A program made the translations under genes and the position numbers. Below, in pieces: positions 28,336 to 41,561 of a DNA stretch of 64,000 bases. The DNA lies in contig JASANG010000266.1 in NCBI GenBank assembly GCA_030248215.1, positions 62,001 through 126,000 on the forward strand. Direction: 5' to 3'. Numbering within the stretch: position 1 is the first letter of the stretch; every line of letters starts with the position of its first letter. The DNA is from Enoplolaimus lenunculus (lineage: Eukaryota). The notes below the pieces were generated by a model. The model worked only from the letters and a program-made list of their open reading frames with translations, had not been told where the DNA came from and made no database searches.

Positions 28336-30808
28336 ATGACAACAACTTCAGACTATGACATTAAACGTTTATCAGCATCAGTATATCGCATTTGTGATCA
28401 AACCACCACAAGTAGGCCGGCTAAACCGAATCCGTTAATGTACCTGGTACTTCGAAACAGCCTTGCAGTGCTAATAAACACCGGTCGACAACAAGAGCTC
28501 AACCCGAACCGAAGAAATATTTTGCAATTTCTGTGCGACGAATTTAATTTTGAGCCGTGTTTCGATCGAAAGGTAATTTATTAATTTTAAATCATAATCT
28601 TTAATTTTGATTTCGGCTGCTCTCGATTTTGTTTTTTTGCTCATTGCTGCTTTTTCGAGTTTGCGCAGAAAAACGAATCATTAACCTGTGATGCGGCGCC
28701 TTCCGACGCTGTGCGGTTTCGTAATCAAGCAATTAGTTTATGTTACTGCACCGTGACGGTCGGCGTTGGATGACATTGAAATTAAAATGTATAGGGTCAT
28801 CCCAAATTTTTTGTTTTTTCATACAAGTAGAATAGCTGAATTGTGTTCGTTTACAAGGACTGTTTAGGCGCAATGTAAACGGCACGTCAAAATACCGGTA
28901 ACGGAAATTAGGTGTCAAATTTCGAAAATGTTTTGGTTGTATACATTTGAAAAATGCATCACGAATATTCACTTTGCATCAGGGTGCTACCGGAGGTGAA
29001 AAATACTGGCGCCGGAGGTCAACGAAACTTGCCGGAGCCAGAGCAGGAGCCGGAGGTGAGACGAAACCAGGTAGTAAAAATGATGGTTAATTAGTTAGTT
29101 TTAGTTAATGCAATATGTTGTTAAGTTGGTTGGTTGTACGCAATTTTCTGCGAAATTTTGGGAATTCTTGCCTGAAAATTGCAACAAAAGTAAAACTAAA
29201 CATGCTAAACAGATAAATTTTGCAAAATTTTTCTACCGAAATTGACCCTGGAACATAAATTCTACCGGAGCCGGAGGTCGATTCTCTGCCGTAGCCAGAG
29301 CCAGAGGCAGACCTCCGGCTATACCCTGCTTGCTTGGCTTATATAACCAACAACATCGCGATCTATAACACATCAATGAATCAACAGGAATTTCGGTTAA
29401 TTTGTTGCCCGCTTTGGTCGCTAAGACTTTCTCAATGATCTACCTTTGTGCAAAATTTGAAATTAATTGTAATAATTTTCATTTATATATGTGATTCATT
29501 CATACCTTTTAAGTCAAACCATGATGGATCCGTCACTAATACTGTGCAGATGCTTTGTAAATATGTTCTATTTCAGATCCTTGTTATCAACACATCATCT
29601 TTGGATGAACACGTTGGTGGAAATTGTTCGTTTTCGTCGGCGAATCAACTCAGTGAATATTGTGCTGTGAGTTTTGGTTTGACCCTCAGTTGTGGCAGTA
29701 GCACACGTCTATTCATAGTCAGAGACTCATTTTGGTAGAGAAAGTTAATTTTGAGCCAACTTTTTTTACCAGCGACCGTAGCAGCGTAACTTTTTGGTCA
29801 ACAGCTGTTACTTGTTAACTGTTTATTGCTGTCATCATACTTACTACTGTATATTTAATGTTAAAAATCCACGCTCTTAAATCTTACAAAGACAGCTAGA
29901 CCTGTTAGTGATAGTGAATCCGCGTTAAAATTTAATTTCAGGATGTTTGTCAAAGCAACAACGATATCGTATATTCGAGCGATCCATTAAACTCGCATTC
30001 ACTTCACTACGCGTCGCCAACAACTGCTTCAACTTCTGCTCAGCATTCAGCAAATACTCTACCAAATTTAAATGAACCAAATTCAATTGAATTTCTAAAA
30101 CAGTCAAAGTTGGTTTCAAAATTGAACTACTCAATTACCCGTTGGCTATCGGACGGTGAAACAATTGAAATTTCAACTGATCACGAAGACTATTTGACCG
30201 CTTTGCACATTCCTGGACCAAGGCCAGACTGTTTGGCGCTATGGTATCCGCGGGATCGGAAACTTTTTGTTGGTAACTTTGTCTACTACACAACTTGCCC
30301 TTCAAGTGATGCATCGAAAAGATATCGCTCAACAAATGATATACCAGGAGGAAATTCGGCGGATAGCCAACCGTTATGTGGTGGTTGCGAATTTGGTGCA
30401 AATCTTGAAACATACCAGCGGTCGTGCGCTAAATTATTAGCTTTAGTTCGCGAGCAACCAAACTCCGGTGCAATTAGATTATGTTGCGGGAGACATGATG
30501 ACGCACTGCCAACCGCTGCCCTACAAATACTGCACGAATTGCTTAGCCGTATTAATTCAGGAATTGCACTTGAACGCAACTGGAGCGTATACTGGTGCAA
30601 ACAGCACGCTCGACAAGTGTTAGCTAATTCTTCAGCTAATTTACATAATCCCTCAGGTATATCATCTCAGGTTGAACAACAAAGCAATCCTCATTCAATG
30701 GCGACTAGTAATAGAAGCATCGTTTTTGAATATCGACGAGGTTTGCGGTATGACTGGCTGTTGTGGTACGCTGTCAAAATATATAGATGGTTCTGGTCCG
30801 ACAAGTGA
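28336..30808 (+). CDS. Metallo-beta-lactamase-fold protein (MBLAC2-like) with degenerate metal-binding motifs, 3 exons, about 397 aa
   Basis: Exons 28336-28572, 29577-29666 and 29942-30808, all phase 0 with GT-AG boundaries. MBL motifs occur in order: YLVLRNSLAVLINTG, VINTSSLDEHVGGN, LSDGETI, LHIPGPRPDCLAL, LFVGN, YQRSCAKL, LCCGRH. Confidence 0.8.
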
Positions 30809-33366
30809 TAATCAATATAACCTGTACAGCTACAGCCACGCTTGTAAATTTGAACCCATGCCGGCTGAGCGTGCGTAAACCACAGATAACAAATACCGGA
30901 GCCGAACGTCACCATTGCGAATTGAAAGTTGGCATTTAACTAAACTGATAATGAATTTCGTACAATAAGCTTTAAAATGATGCCTAAAGCAGCGAGTTTG
31001 ATTACATTTTTTGATAAAACTGCCAGAACAAATACACAATAGACACTGGCGTTAAATTTTCTGCTGCCGCGAGCCAAAGTCTTCGTTTTACGTTTCGTTT
31101 TTCGCGAAATATTAGTGTTAAACTTTTAAAAATTGCGGCAAATGTTGAACCCAACTTCACTGAAGCGCCATAGCGATTACTATGTAGGTATTCTACCGGA
31201 GATAAATTTTTGCCAGAACCGGAGTGAAACCTCCGGTTATACTTCGTTGGCTACGAAAAAATCAATGTTCGGAAAACTGTAAATTAATTTCAAAAACGAC
31301 TCTAAGCTTGATGGTAATCGCAAAACTTATTTTATACCCCTCAAAAATGCACTCACGCTTTAGCGTAGAGTTGCAATCCCAAGAAAACGCATCAAGGTAG
31401 TGCTGCTGCTAGATTGCTTGTAATATTTTTAAGTAGTCTTGTTTGTGACAAACGAGTCAAATAAACCGTACGTGTATAATCAAGGAGCGAGCTCTTATGG
31501 CAATAATTTGCACGGCGGCACGGCAGGGTACAACCAGGGGTCTGCCTCCAGCTCTGGCTCCGGCAGAAAATCGGCCCACGGCTCCGGTAGAATTTTTACC
31601 GGTGGTTCCGGCAATTTTGGTAATAAAATTTTGCATAATTGTGAAAAATTTATCTGTTGAGCGCGTTTCGTTGTTCTAACTTTGTCATAAACTTCAGGAA
31701 AGAATTTCCAAAGTTTTGCCGAAAATTAACGTAAAACCATACAACTTAACATATCGCAGTATTGGCTAAAATTAACTATTTAACCATCATTTTTACTACC
31801 TGATTTCGCCTCACCTTCGGCTCCGGCAAGTTTTGTTGACCTCCGGCTTCGGTATTTTTCACCTCCGTTTGCACACTGTGATGCAGGAAATTTAATACCT
31901 TATCCTCTACAAAATAGTGAGTTTTTATGCTTGTAAATTTTGTAAATCATTGTTAATCTCACCAGTTGCAAGAATAGTGAATTGCAGTACAAAAGAACGC
32001 TAATTATGCTCTTCAATTTATTAAGAAACTACAAAATAATACACTAGCATTGCACTGTATTGTATAAATTTTACAACAAAAACTGCTTAAGTTACTCGAA
32101 ATAATTTTAGCTCTTAATCTATCAAGCTCTTAAAGGTTACAGTGACAAAAACGTTTTTGTATACCCTAAATGTGAACATCTGAGCTACTCCATATTAACA
32201 TAAATACTTGTATCAGCAAATTTGGTAACTACTGTTTTGTCCAAACAACGCTATACCAATAAGAATTTTACTACGTCTTATTTAATGTGCCACAACTTAA
32301 GAAATCACAACATACTAAAGGTGATATAATTAGCAGTTCCGTCGAATTTCTCTTATACATAAAAGGTCGTTAACTACAACAGTTATCGTTAGATATTTTT
32401 TGCATGCAATAAAAATTCAATGATGGACATGTCAAATTTTACTATAGCAATATGCAGCAAAAATATTGCTAGATTTTAACCGTGTCAAACAATCGACAAA
32501 CTCACAGAAACAAGAAGTCTAAATGGTTAACACCAAGAAAAACATGGTCAAAATCACACGTTAGATATATTTGTATTGAAAAACTAGAAAGGTTAATGTG
32601 CTCTACATGAACCGCTCGCACAAAAGAAAACAGTTCGATTCTAGGTTTTACTGTTAAAATAAACAAATCAATACTCCGAGCAACAAGCAGCATAGCTTAA
32701 TAGTTGTAACAGCGGCCCAGTATTAACATATATAGTAACACAGATGTTACAGATATTAGCCAAGATTAACAAATTAAACATCATTTTACCTATAAGTTTT
32801 GTTGACCTCCGGTTCCGGTATTTTTCACCTCCTGTTGCACCCTGATATCATTGTTTAAACCAGAAATATACTTTAAAGTATGTGCATGGTGTAAAAAACC
32901 AACATAACAATCTGCAATTTCACAACCTGAAACTTTCGGTTAGTGAGTGGGGTAACTGATAGGACTATAGACGACACGGCCCATGTTACTTTTAGGGCCG
33001 TCCTGCTTTCTGGAGGGTCTGTAAAAGAGTAGGCTTACAATCTAGACATTTTTTGCTTAGGCTTAAGCTTAGGCATACGCTTTTGCAACGCTTAGGCTTA
33101 GGAATACGCTTAATCTATTATTACGGCCCTAAAAGTAAGATAGGCCGACGATACTCACAATTGAGTATTAAATAATATTTAGATTGCTTCAGTAAATAGT
33201 CATCTTTGTGTTCTATGTCCAATTATGCAGGATGGTTAAGCATAATTCTGGATTACGTTTAATTTTAGATCCAAAACAAAATCATTGGATAAACATTATC
33301 ATAATCATATCTTAATCATAAACAACAGCGTCACAGAACTTTGAAACCAACCAAACGTAAAAAATA

Positions 33367-36300
33367 TCACTCGTTAGAATCAGTGCGATGGCAAATATTT
33401 TCAACTGCTTCGTTGAATAATTGAGCTTGGTCGATATACACATGATGACCTGCACCTTGAATGACCTGAAAAATAATAAAATTATAATTAAATTCAGCAA
33501 ACAGAATGAGGCCATGGCGTGCAGTGGCATGATAAAACAACCTTTTTAAGCTAAACTTGTAACACTGTTAGCACTTGGGCTATAACAAGACTAAATGTCA
33601 ACCAAGCAAAAAGCAGTAAAAGCCAAATAATGGAATCAACTAAATACATCGCTATCTGTTCGTCTTATGCAACCGTATAAACATAGTTTCCCGTATTTTT
33701 GTCAATTTTGGCTATGCGCATACATCCGAAGGCGTGCGAGTGACTAATGTTGCTGGTACCCAGATTCATGTCCAGTGCTGCTAGATCTATTACGTATCAT
33801 GACAATATATTGTTATATACTAGAACCAAAATCCTGAAAATTATAGATGGACACGGGATATCCGGATATAAAAAATATCCGGCTACGTATCCGAAATGAA
33901 ACGTGTATCCAGATATCCGGATATATACACATATCCGCTGGCTATCCGAAATGCCATTGTGCAAAAAAAATGTGAAATAATTTACATTGTTTCACCACTA
34001 TAGTAGCTGGAGTTGACGAAACGAAATTGTGTATTCAACCCTGAGTCAAAATATTTGCATAATTATTCCATGGTGATTAAAAATATTGATTTCTAAAACA
34101 TGGCAAAATTCAAAAACTTTAGTCTAGTCTGATATTTATCGGTTGAATAACTTCGTATTTTAAATTATCTCAAAAGTATCCCAGTACAAAATTTGCGTCG
34201 AATACGCACCTTCAAGTACTAAACTTATAGCTTGTTGTTCAATTTAGACAAAAAACAACTTCATTCGTTTGATGGAATAAGAGCTTTTTAGGTACGCTAA
34301 ACCAGTCACCCAACACAAAAAATGACGCACTTCCACTCAGCGAGCCGCTGTTACACGCTATTACATGAAATAATTACAGATTTTTGAACTGTTGAAAATA
34401 TTACATTTTTGGTTCCGCAGTAAGTCCATATTAGATCACAAAAACTGAAGGTATATAAGTGTGAAAAATTAAAATTAACTTGAAATCATCAAGAAAGTTT
34501 ATGAGGAGCCAAATCGGCATTAAGTTCAGATATGCTACGACTAGAACTGGTTTAAAAATTTTGAACCAATATTACTTTTACAATGTAACAACCAAAACAT
34601 ATTCCTAAGTTTAAGAGTCCTCAGCGTAACAAACAAAAGTTTCAAACAAAGCTTAAGCGTAGCACAAGCAAAAAATTAGTCTGAAATTTAAGCCTAGTCT
34701 ATTACGGTCTAGTGAGAAATCAAGCACTAGTGGATCCAGAGGAGGGCGGGCGGTTGTCCACCACTCGTCAGAAATTTATTTTTTGCGATACAATAATAAG
34801 GTCCCTACCGTACAATATTCCCCCTCAGAAAATTTTTTGTAAAAAATACTAAAGTACCTACCTATTTTGCAATTTGTCCCCTTAGAAATTTTCTGTGACA
34901 AAATGGCAAGGTCCCAACCTTACAATTCCCCCCTCATAAATTTGTTGTAAAAAAGATAAGGTCTCTACGTTACAATTTTCCCCCTCAGAAAATTTTTTGG
35001 TGAAAAATTCCGTTTCAAAACATTTACCGGCCTCCCATCAGAAATTTTTGAAGCCGCCGCTGAAAGCGGGGCACCATTAAAAGTAATACGGGCTTATGTT
35101 TCCACGATCTAGTGTAAGTATATTTCAATGTGGTTCTTTACCCTTGAAACGTGAAAGGTCTCATATATATAGTTCGAGGGAAAGGTGATATTCGACAGAA
35201 TCTGTGTTGCAGTCGTTTAAATAAGAAATCAATTCAATTTCGGGTAGTCAACGCAATTATTTATTAGTCAGTAGCAATTTTCTAAGCAGAAAACCCAGGC
35301 CAAAACTATTGAGGCAGTTGCAGAATAAATAACGATTTTAGAATTGTATATTTCATGGTCATAACAATCACCTTATGCGTCAGGGTACTTCCTTTAAAGC
35401 AACCAGTTAAAACAAGTGTTTAAGGTACAAAAATTGATATTCGGAAACCTAACAAACGCAAAATTGAGACTCGGATATCTGAAATAGAAAATTTAATTTG
35501 GGATATCCGGAAAAATATTCGGCAAGAATTGCCAAATATCCGAATATGAAAAAATATCCGATGCCCATCACTACTGAAAATAAACCCTTACTAGAACCTG
35601 AGTGTAGGCTTGTTTGCGAATCTCGCGCTGGACCCTGTAGCCTGCGCCGCAATCCATCCATGTGCGTTCTCCGTATCTGAAAAAAACAAAGTTTAAATAA
35701 AGACTGAACCAAAGCATAACATCTCACATCTCTAATTAATTTGAGTTGTTGAAAAATTACAAAGTTCCACAAAAGCACAAACCATTGACTTGTACACTGC
35801 ATACTTACTGTAGCATAGTCAGCCAATTTTGTTAATAATTATAGGGGTATGCTCACTAAGCCTAAGCCTAAACGTAAGCCCAAAGCGTAAGCCAAAAATA
35901 CGCCTAACTTAGATCAAAACTCTCCCAGTATCAAAGTCTTGTTAACATGCGCCGTATAGTCAACTATTGAGTATCTTTGCATCAGCACATCTTACACTTT
36001 AAACTATAAAATCACACGAAACATTTAACACCTTTGCACATGTCTTTACCAGCTCAACCTGATGGAACAGTTTGGAAAAATAAAGCTTCATACTAGATTG
36101 CTACCAAAACTGATTAAGTCTCAATATCTGATCTGAACTCAAAGCTACTATAAGCAGTTTTAGTGACACTTCACTGTCAAGTCAACCTTACAGAAATGTC
36201 ACAGGCATATGTTCATCAAGATCACCAACTCGCTCAATCATTGGCCGCTTAGCCCAGCCAAATGGAATTTGCATAGATTTAAACGCAGATTCGCCACTAA

Positions 36301-38937
36301 AAACAGTTTATTATACAATCCTATTGCTACATCTTTGCACTAATTCCACGAACACTGCTTCAAACGCGCGCGGAAAAATTCTATAATAGAAGAAAACATC
36401 CAATAATGCACATTTTGATTCTGCACAACTGTAATAGTAGCTTGAAATAAGTAAATAAATGCAGAACTGTTAGAAAAACCATTTTCATCATCCACAATAA
36501 TTATTTTCATAAATTAAGCAACATATTCACACTACTTAATGAGGACAGAAATAAATATTCCAACACTACTCGCAGAAATCTTCGGAACAAGAGGTTGTTG
36601 CAATGTACGAAAACCAAAAATAACCTGGCCGCTCAAAAATACTATCAGTTTTAAATCGATTACAAACTCAGACTAACCTGGGTGACTGAGCATTACAATG
36701 ATAAATGTAATCAAAAACAAGGTCCTCATTGTCTAAAATTCGAGAAAATTTCCGTCCGATGTCAGGCCGAAATCGTCTCACAACCGATGGTCCTTAAAAC
36801 ATCGCTGTAGATCGCATTTCAAGTTTCAGGCATTATAAAATTGATACAGCCACACAGGAGTACATTTAACAACAGCAATTCTAGTTTAAAGTATAAAATT
36901 TCAAAATTGTCACCACAAAACAGAAGCTTGAAATATTGTGCCTGACACATGTATCAGTATCATTGGATGCATAACATTACGCTTTGTAGTGAGTCACCAG
37001 TCGAAGCATGGTTAAGCTGTTGTAATATGTGAAATTAAGGTTGAAAAGCTATCAGTACGCATCGAATTTTTCAGATTCCCATACCGACAGTTCGGTTCAG
37101 CAGTGTACATATTATTAAAAGTAAAAATATCTCTTCACATGGCTCTTTGCGTGTAATGCTAGTTCAGTTAGTGGTGGTGTTTGTTACCTAAACCTGAGCC
37201 AACAGTTATGAAGCAAAAATCTATAATTAGGTCCACTAGCTTTAAAGTTTTTGTTTAACGTTTTTGAAATTGATATTATTCACTATTAAATGCAGCAATC
37301 TAGAATTCAATCACAAACAAATACGGTAATTTAGAATTCGAATGTAGCTTACCAAACGGTCCAGCTGCACGGACAGTTGCTAACGGATTAAAATGTTGAA
37401 GGAAACCGGCAATAAGTCGAGCCCAAGTTGGCAACCTGAATTGTTGGTCGGCGTCCGCAGGTTGAACTGGAAAGCCCCAAGGATCAGCCAGAATTAAATG
37501 CTTGACATGTGACGGGTGTTCTAAGGCATAAGAAGTTGCTAAAAAGCCACCTGAAACAAAACGGCCAAATAATCCTAAATAAGTTTAGAAATGAACATAT
37601 ACATCAGGTGATTTAGTTCAGAACAACATTTGAAACTTGATGTGGTGCATGGAAAAGCGCCTACTCTGAAATGTTACTCAAATGTTATATAAAACTACAC
37701 TGAATGTCTATATTACCAAGGGAGTGTCCGAGCAAAACGAAACGTTCCAATCCCATCTGTTTGCGCCATTCTTCAATTGACTGAACCCATTCTGACTCCG
37801 CAACCACCGGGTCTTTGCTAAACGCTACACGGCTGGATCGACCAAATCCTAAAACTTAGTGTGAATCTGAACAAGGCAGCACTGAACAACTTAGTTTTGT
37901 TGGCAAATTTGCACGCGAGGTTTTGCGAATGTATGAAAGTTCTGACCATCTAATTGAATTGTAATGTGAAGTACAAAACTTTGGTTTTATACACAAATCG
38001 CGGCCACTAACCAGACACATTGCAATGAACATTTGCACGAACAAATAGAAAAATATATAATCACGTTAACAAACAATCTGAGTAATAAAGTACAGTTCGT
38101 AATTCGTTACCTTGTGTTCAAACTTTGTCAGCAAAGAATACAAAGTAAAAAAATTACACCTGCCGTTGCCTACGGTTCTTCTCAAACGTAGTTATCACAC
38201 TATTTGCATTGGCCACAAAAGGACACGCCATTCCATTTAACGCACTATCACATATGTTATTCTTGGATGCATTACAATGACAGCATAATTATTCTTTGAT
38301 GCATTAGAATGGCAGCATAATTAAGATTTAATGTACAACAAACTTCTGCTTTTTGCTTACTCAATACAATACATATACATTATTTAACCAAAAATATTTA
38401 AAAAATTTTGTGACATAAAATGTTCGATGATTTACCTAATAAATCAAAACAATGTACCGTTCGATTTCGACACAGTGCATCTAAATTAGTGATCCACAAT
38501 CCAACACCCGCTCCAAACCCGTGTATAAGCACCAAAGGCAACCGAGGAAGTTTGTTCTAAATAAACACAATATGCACAGACACGATGCATATTTAATGAC
38601 ACATATTATTGAATCGATGAAAATAATTGTACGAGACGGTAAGCAAACTGTTAAAATCATTGCAGTTGACTTCTTAAATCAATATTGCAATTAGGTCATA
38701 TTTCTGCAACTCAGCAATTACTGAGTCACAATCATTGCATTAACAACAGGAAGACGACATAAATTTTGCAATAAAGCAAACACAGAAATACTATTATCAT
38801 GAACACGTTTTGGATCATCACCTCATTTGTTAAAATGTTTTTGCTACTGCCTGCTAATCGCGTTGCAGTTATTGTCCATATTTGCGACTGACCCTTGTTG
38901 ATTGGAACGTATTTTCTAGCCAAGTGGCACTTGACAT
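33367..38937 (-). CDS. ABHD4: ABHD4/ABHD5 (CGI-58) family alpha/beta hydrolase; 5' exons uncertain (candidate first exon 41203-41157)
   Basis: Phase-consistent exons 38937-38822, 38556-38436, 37848-37717, 37550-37353, 36792-36678, 36296-36192, 35676-35592, 33465-33367. Motifs [66 protein letters not shown]. Confidence 0.92.
34727..35062. repeat. GC-ended MITE-like element with 4-5 internal ~55-bp tandem repeats
   Basis: Repeated AAGGTCCCTAC..TACAATT..CCCCTCAGAAAATTTTT units between about 34795 and 35050. Confidence 0.6.
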
Positions 38938-41433
38938 CTTAAAAGAGAACCACAGGACAGTTGTCGTTAGCTGGCTGGACGTAAAATCAAACTTTACCCG
39001 TAAAATATGATAAACAGGCAACCAGACTAAACAATACAAAACTTAGAAGAAGCCGGAACCAAAGCGATTCTTACTTGCGCCGCGATAACGACATTGACCT
39101 TGTAATTATACATAACCACAACTATATGAAAATGTTAAAACGATTAAAAACAGATTAACATTCAGCAAAATAATGTCAGATAGTGAATCAGGATATACAG
39201 CTGAGTTGTATCCGGCTCCAGTTGTTCCCGGTATTATTGTCTAAAGATCAGAGAAGTGACATTGGATTGGTATAGATATTTGAGACCGAAACTGGAGCGA
39301 AAAACCCTACGTTTGATGTTTCCTTTTATGCGCTTACCGTTTCAAGAGGCAGGGCGGTTACTTTCCGGTTTCTTTTAGGCAAATTTTGATTGGAAATAAA
39401 TACATGCATATATAATGGTGGAGCTATACTTTTTGTCACGTCTAGCGCGAGCGCCGTCCGTCACCGTGCGGTATTGTACGTAAATAACTCACGTACAATA
39501 ACATATAATGATAATGACGGACGGCGCCATATGGGTGACGGACGGCGCCGTACAGGTGACGCACGGTGACGAACGGTGGTGTACGGGTGACACACGATGA
39601 CGGACAGCGTTGTACGGATGACGCACGGTGACGGACGATACCGTACGACAAGTATAGCGCAATCCTAAGTGTGTTCTATCCGAATACAAACATACAGTTA
39701 AATAAGCGTTTTTCAGCAATTTCTAGAGCTTTCATTGATGTTGGGACCCAGGACAGCCGTGAAATGCTGAAACATTTATATACGTACGTATATATTATAT
39801 TTTTTCAAACATATACACTGTACAAAACCCTTAAAATATAAAGTCAGAAACATATTGGATAGTCGGACGTAAAAAAACTAATTTTCGGGGAAAACCCACT
39901 TTCTTAACTTGCGCTGGAGTAAACAGAAAAATTTCTCAACTTCACAGTGGTTTACCCCGACTATTCCGGAATTACACAAGACTATACAATTGATCACTGC
40001 AAAGGCATGTGTTCCCAGCATTACCTGGGTTTTCTCGCCGCTCGTGTATGAGCGGAAAAAAATCCCATTTAATGAGCTCATTTTTAGGCTTAATAACATA
40101 TCGTTAACATTATTGCAAACCGTTCTGTTGTGTTCTTGCTATAAATGAGCCGTTTTAAGGCTCAAACGCCTTACTTTGAGATTCATCTATTACAACTTTC
40201 ACCTAAAAGTTTGTCTAACTAAGCAAGAAGGTATAAGATAAAAACTTTACTATCGCCACAGCTCGCATACCTAACATAATAATTAACGAGTAGCTAATTA
40301 ATTTGAAATTGTTGCAATTTCTAAGGGCTATACTTCCTAACTTAGACTGAACCAATCATACAAATTAATTAGCCTCAACTAATAAACGGCTTAGAATTTT
40401 AAAACCTGCACGCTAGGTTAACAAACCCCCTAGGCTAATAAGCATGCAATCAAAAAGTTTATCACAATTGGTTCAGCGGTTCCTGAAATTCCGTCAGACG
40501 GACGGACAGACGGACATCCAACTTTCGACCCACAGTACAAAACCATAAAACGCTTTAAGAAACTTCACTCAATACTGTGATATATATTAGGCTTTTACCT
40601 GTTACGGAATAGCTAGATGCCGTTACACTAAAAATACAGCAAAAAAAATAACATGGGTTGTTTTTATCCGAAGGTGTGGGTTTCCCGAGTTGGTTTTTTT
40701 CAAGCCGAAACTTTTCGCAATTTCTCAACCTGTCCGAAGCATAACTTATCGCACTAGGCAATGCTAAATATTCAGAATCCAGTTATTAGGTTACACATAG
40801 AGATTATTAGTATTAGCTATTATTACTGCGAAGTTATACACACACATATACGTACATATAACAGTTTAAAGTTGTTTTCTGAAGTTTGTGGTTGTTTCAC
40901 GCCACACTACGTATACATATGCATTAAACTGCACATAGAGGATGTGTTAATCTTCAAATTTTTATGGGTTGTTTTATAGAACGCAAACAGAAGTTTTGTT
41001 AATATCAGACTCAATTCGAGCAACGATTGACTCACCATCAAAGCAACACAGAATGTCCGTCGACTGTACAAACCAGCTCAATACAGCTCAAATAAAATTA
41101 CAGCAAGTAAGCAGCTTTATCGGAACTAGTGCTACGTACATTTTGAGCTTACTTACCCAAGATTAGTATCACTAGCTGATATGTCTACATCGGACGCGGA
41201 CATATTAAACCTCGCATTAGTCAATAACAGCGCTACAAATAAATTATGAGTGTTTAAAAATTATTTCAAGGTTGTAACTAAACTGTGCTGTGAAAATTAA
41301 GATTCCCGTTCAGAATCGAATTCAGCATGCAATCAAGGCACATACCATTACGAATTAGGTACAGGGCGCAATCGGATACCCGGTTCCGGTTCCTGTGTAC
41401 AAACTTACAGGATACCGGATATTAAGGTTTTCC

Positions 41434-41561
41434 AAGTGGTAGAGCGCACACTTAAGGATCCGCAGGCTTGAAGTTCGATCCCCGCTCTGTAGGACCACTG
41501 TGCAGCTGGTTAGCTAACAGGTATTATTACGTCCTGGTTCCTACCTAGATTAATTCTGACA
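41434..41561 (+). mobile_element. 3' half of a tRNA-bearing TRIM LTR (same family as 61889-62841)
   Basis: AGTGGTAGAGCGCACACTTAAGGATCCGCAGGCTTGAAGTTCGATCCCCGCTCT followed by GTCCTGGTTCCTACCTAGA matches the tRNA-like module and 3' end of the LTR. Confidence 0.8.

Noticed and set aside
39070..41080. Additional 5' exons of the ABHD gene
   Set aside because: Several candidate splice sites exist, but none gave a convincing conserved N-terminal peptide with consistent phases.
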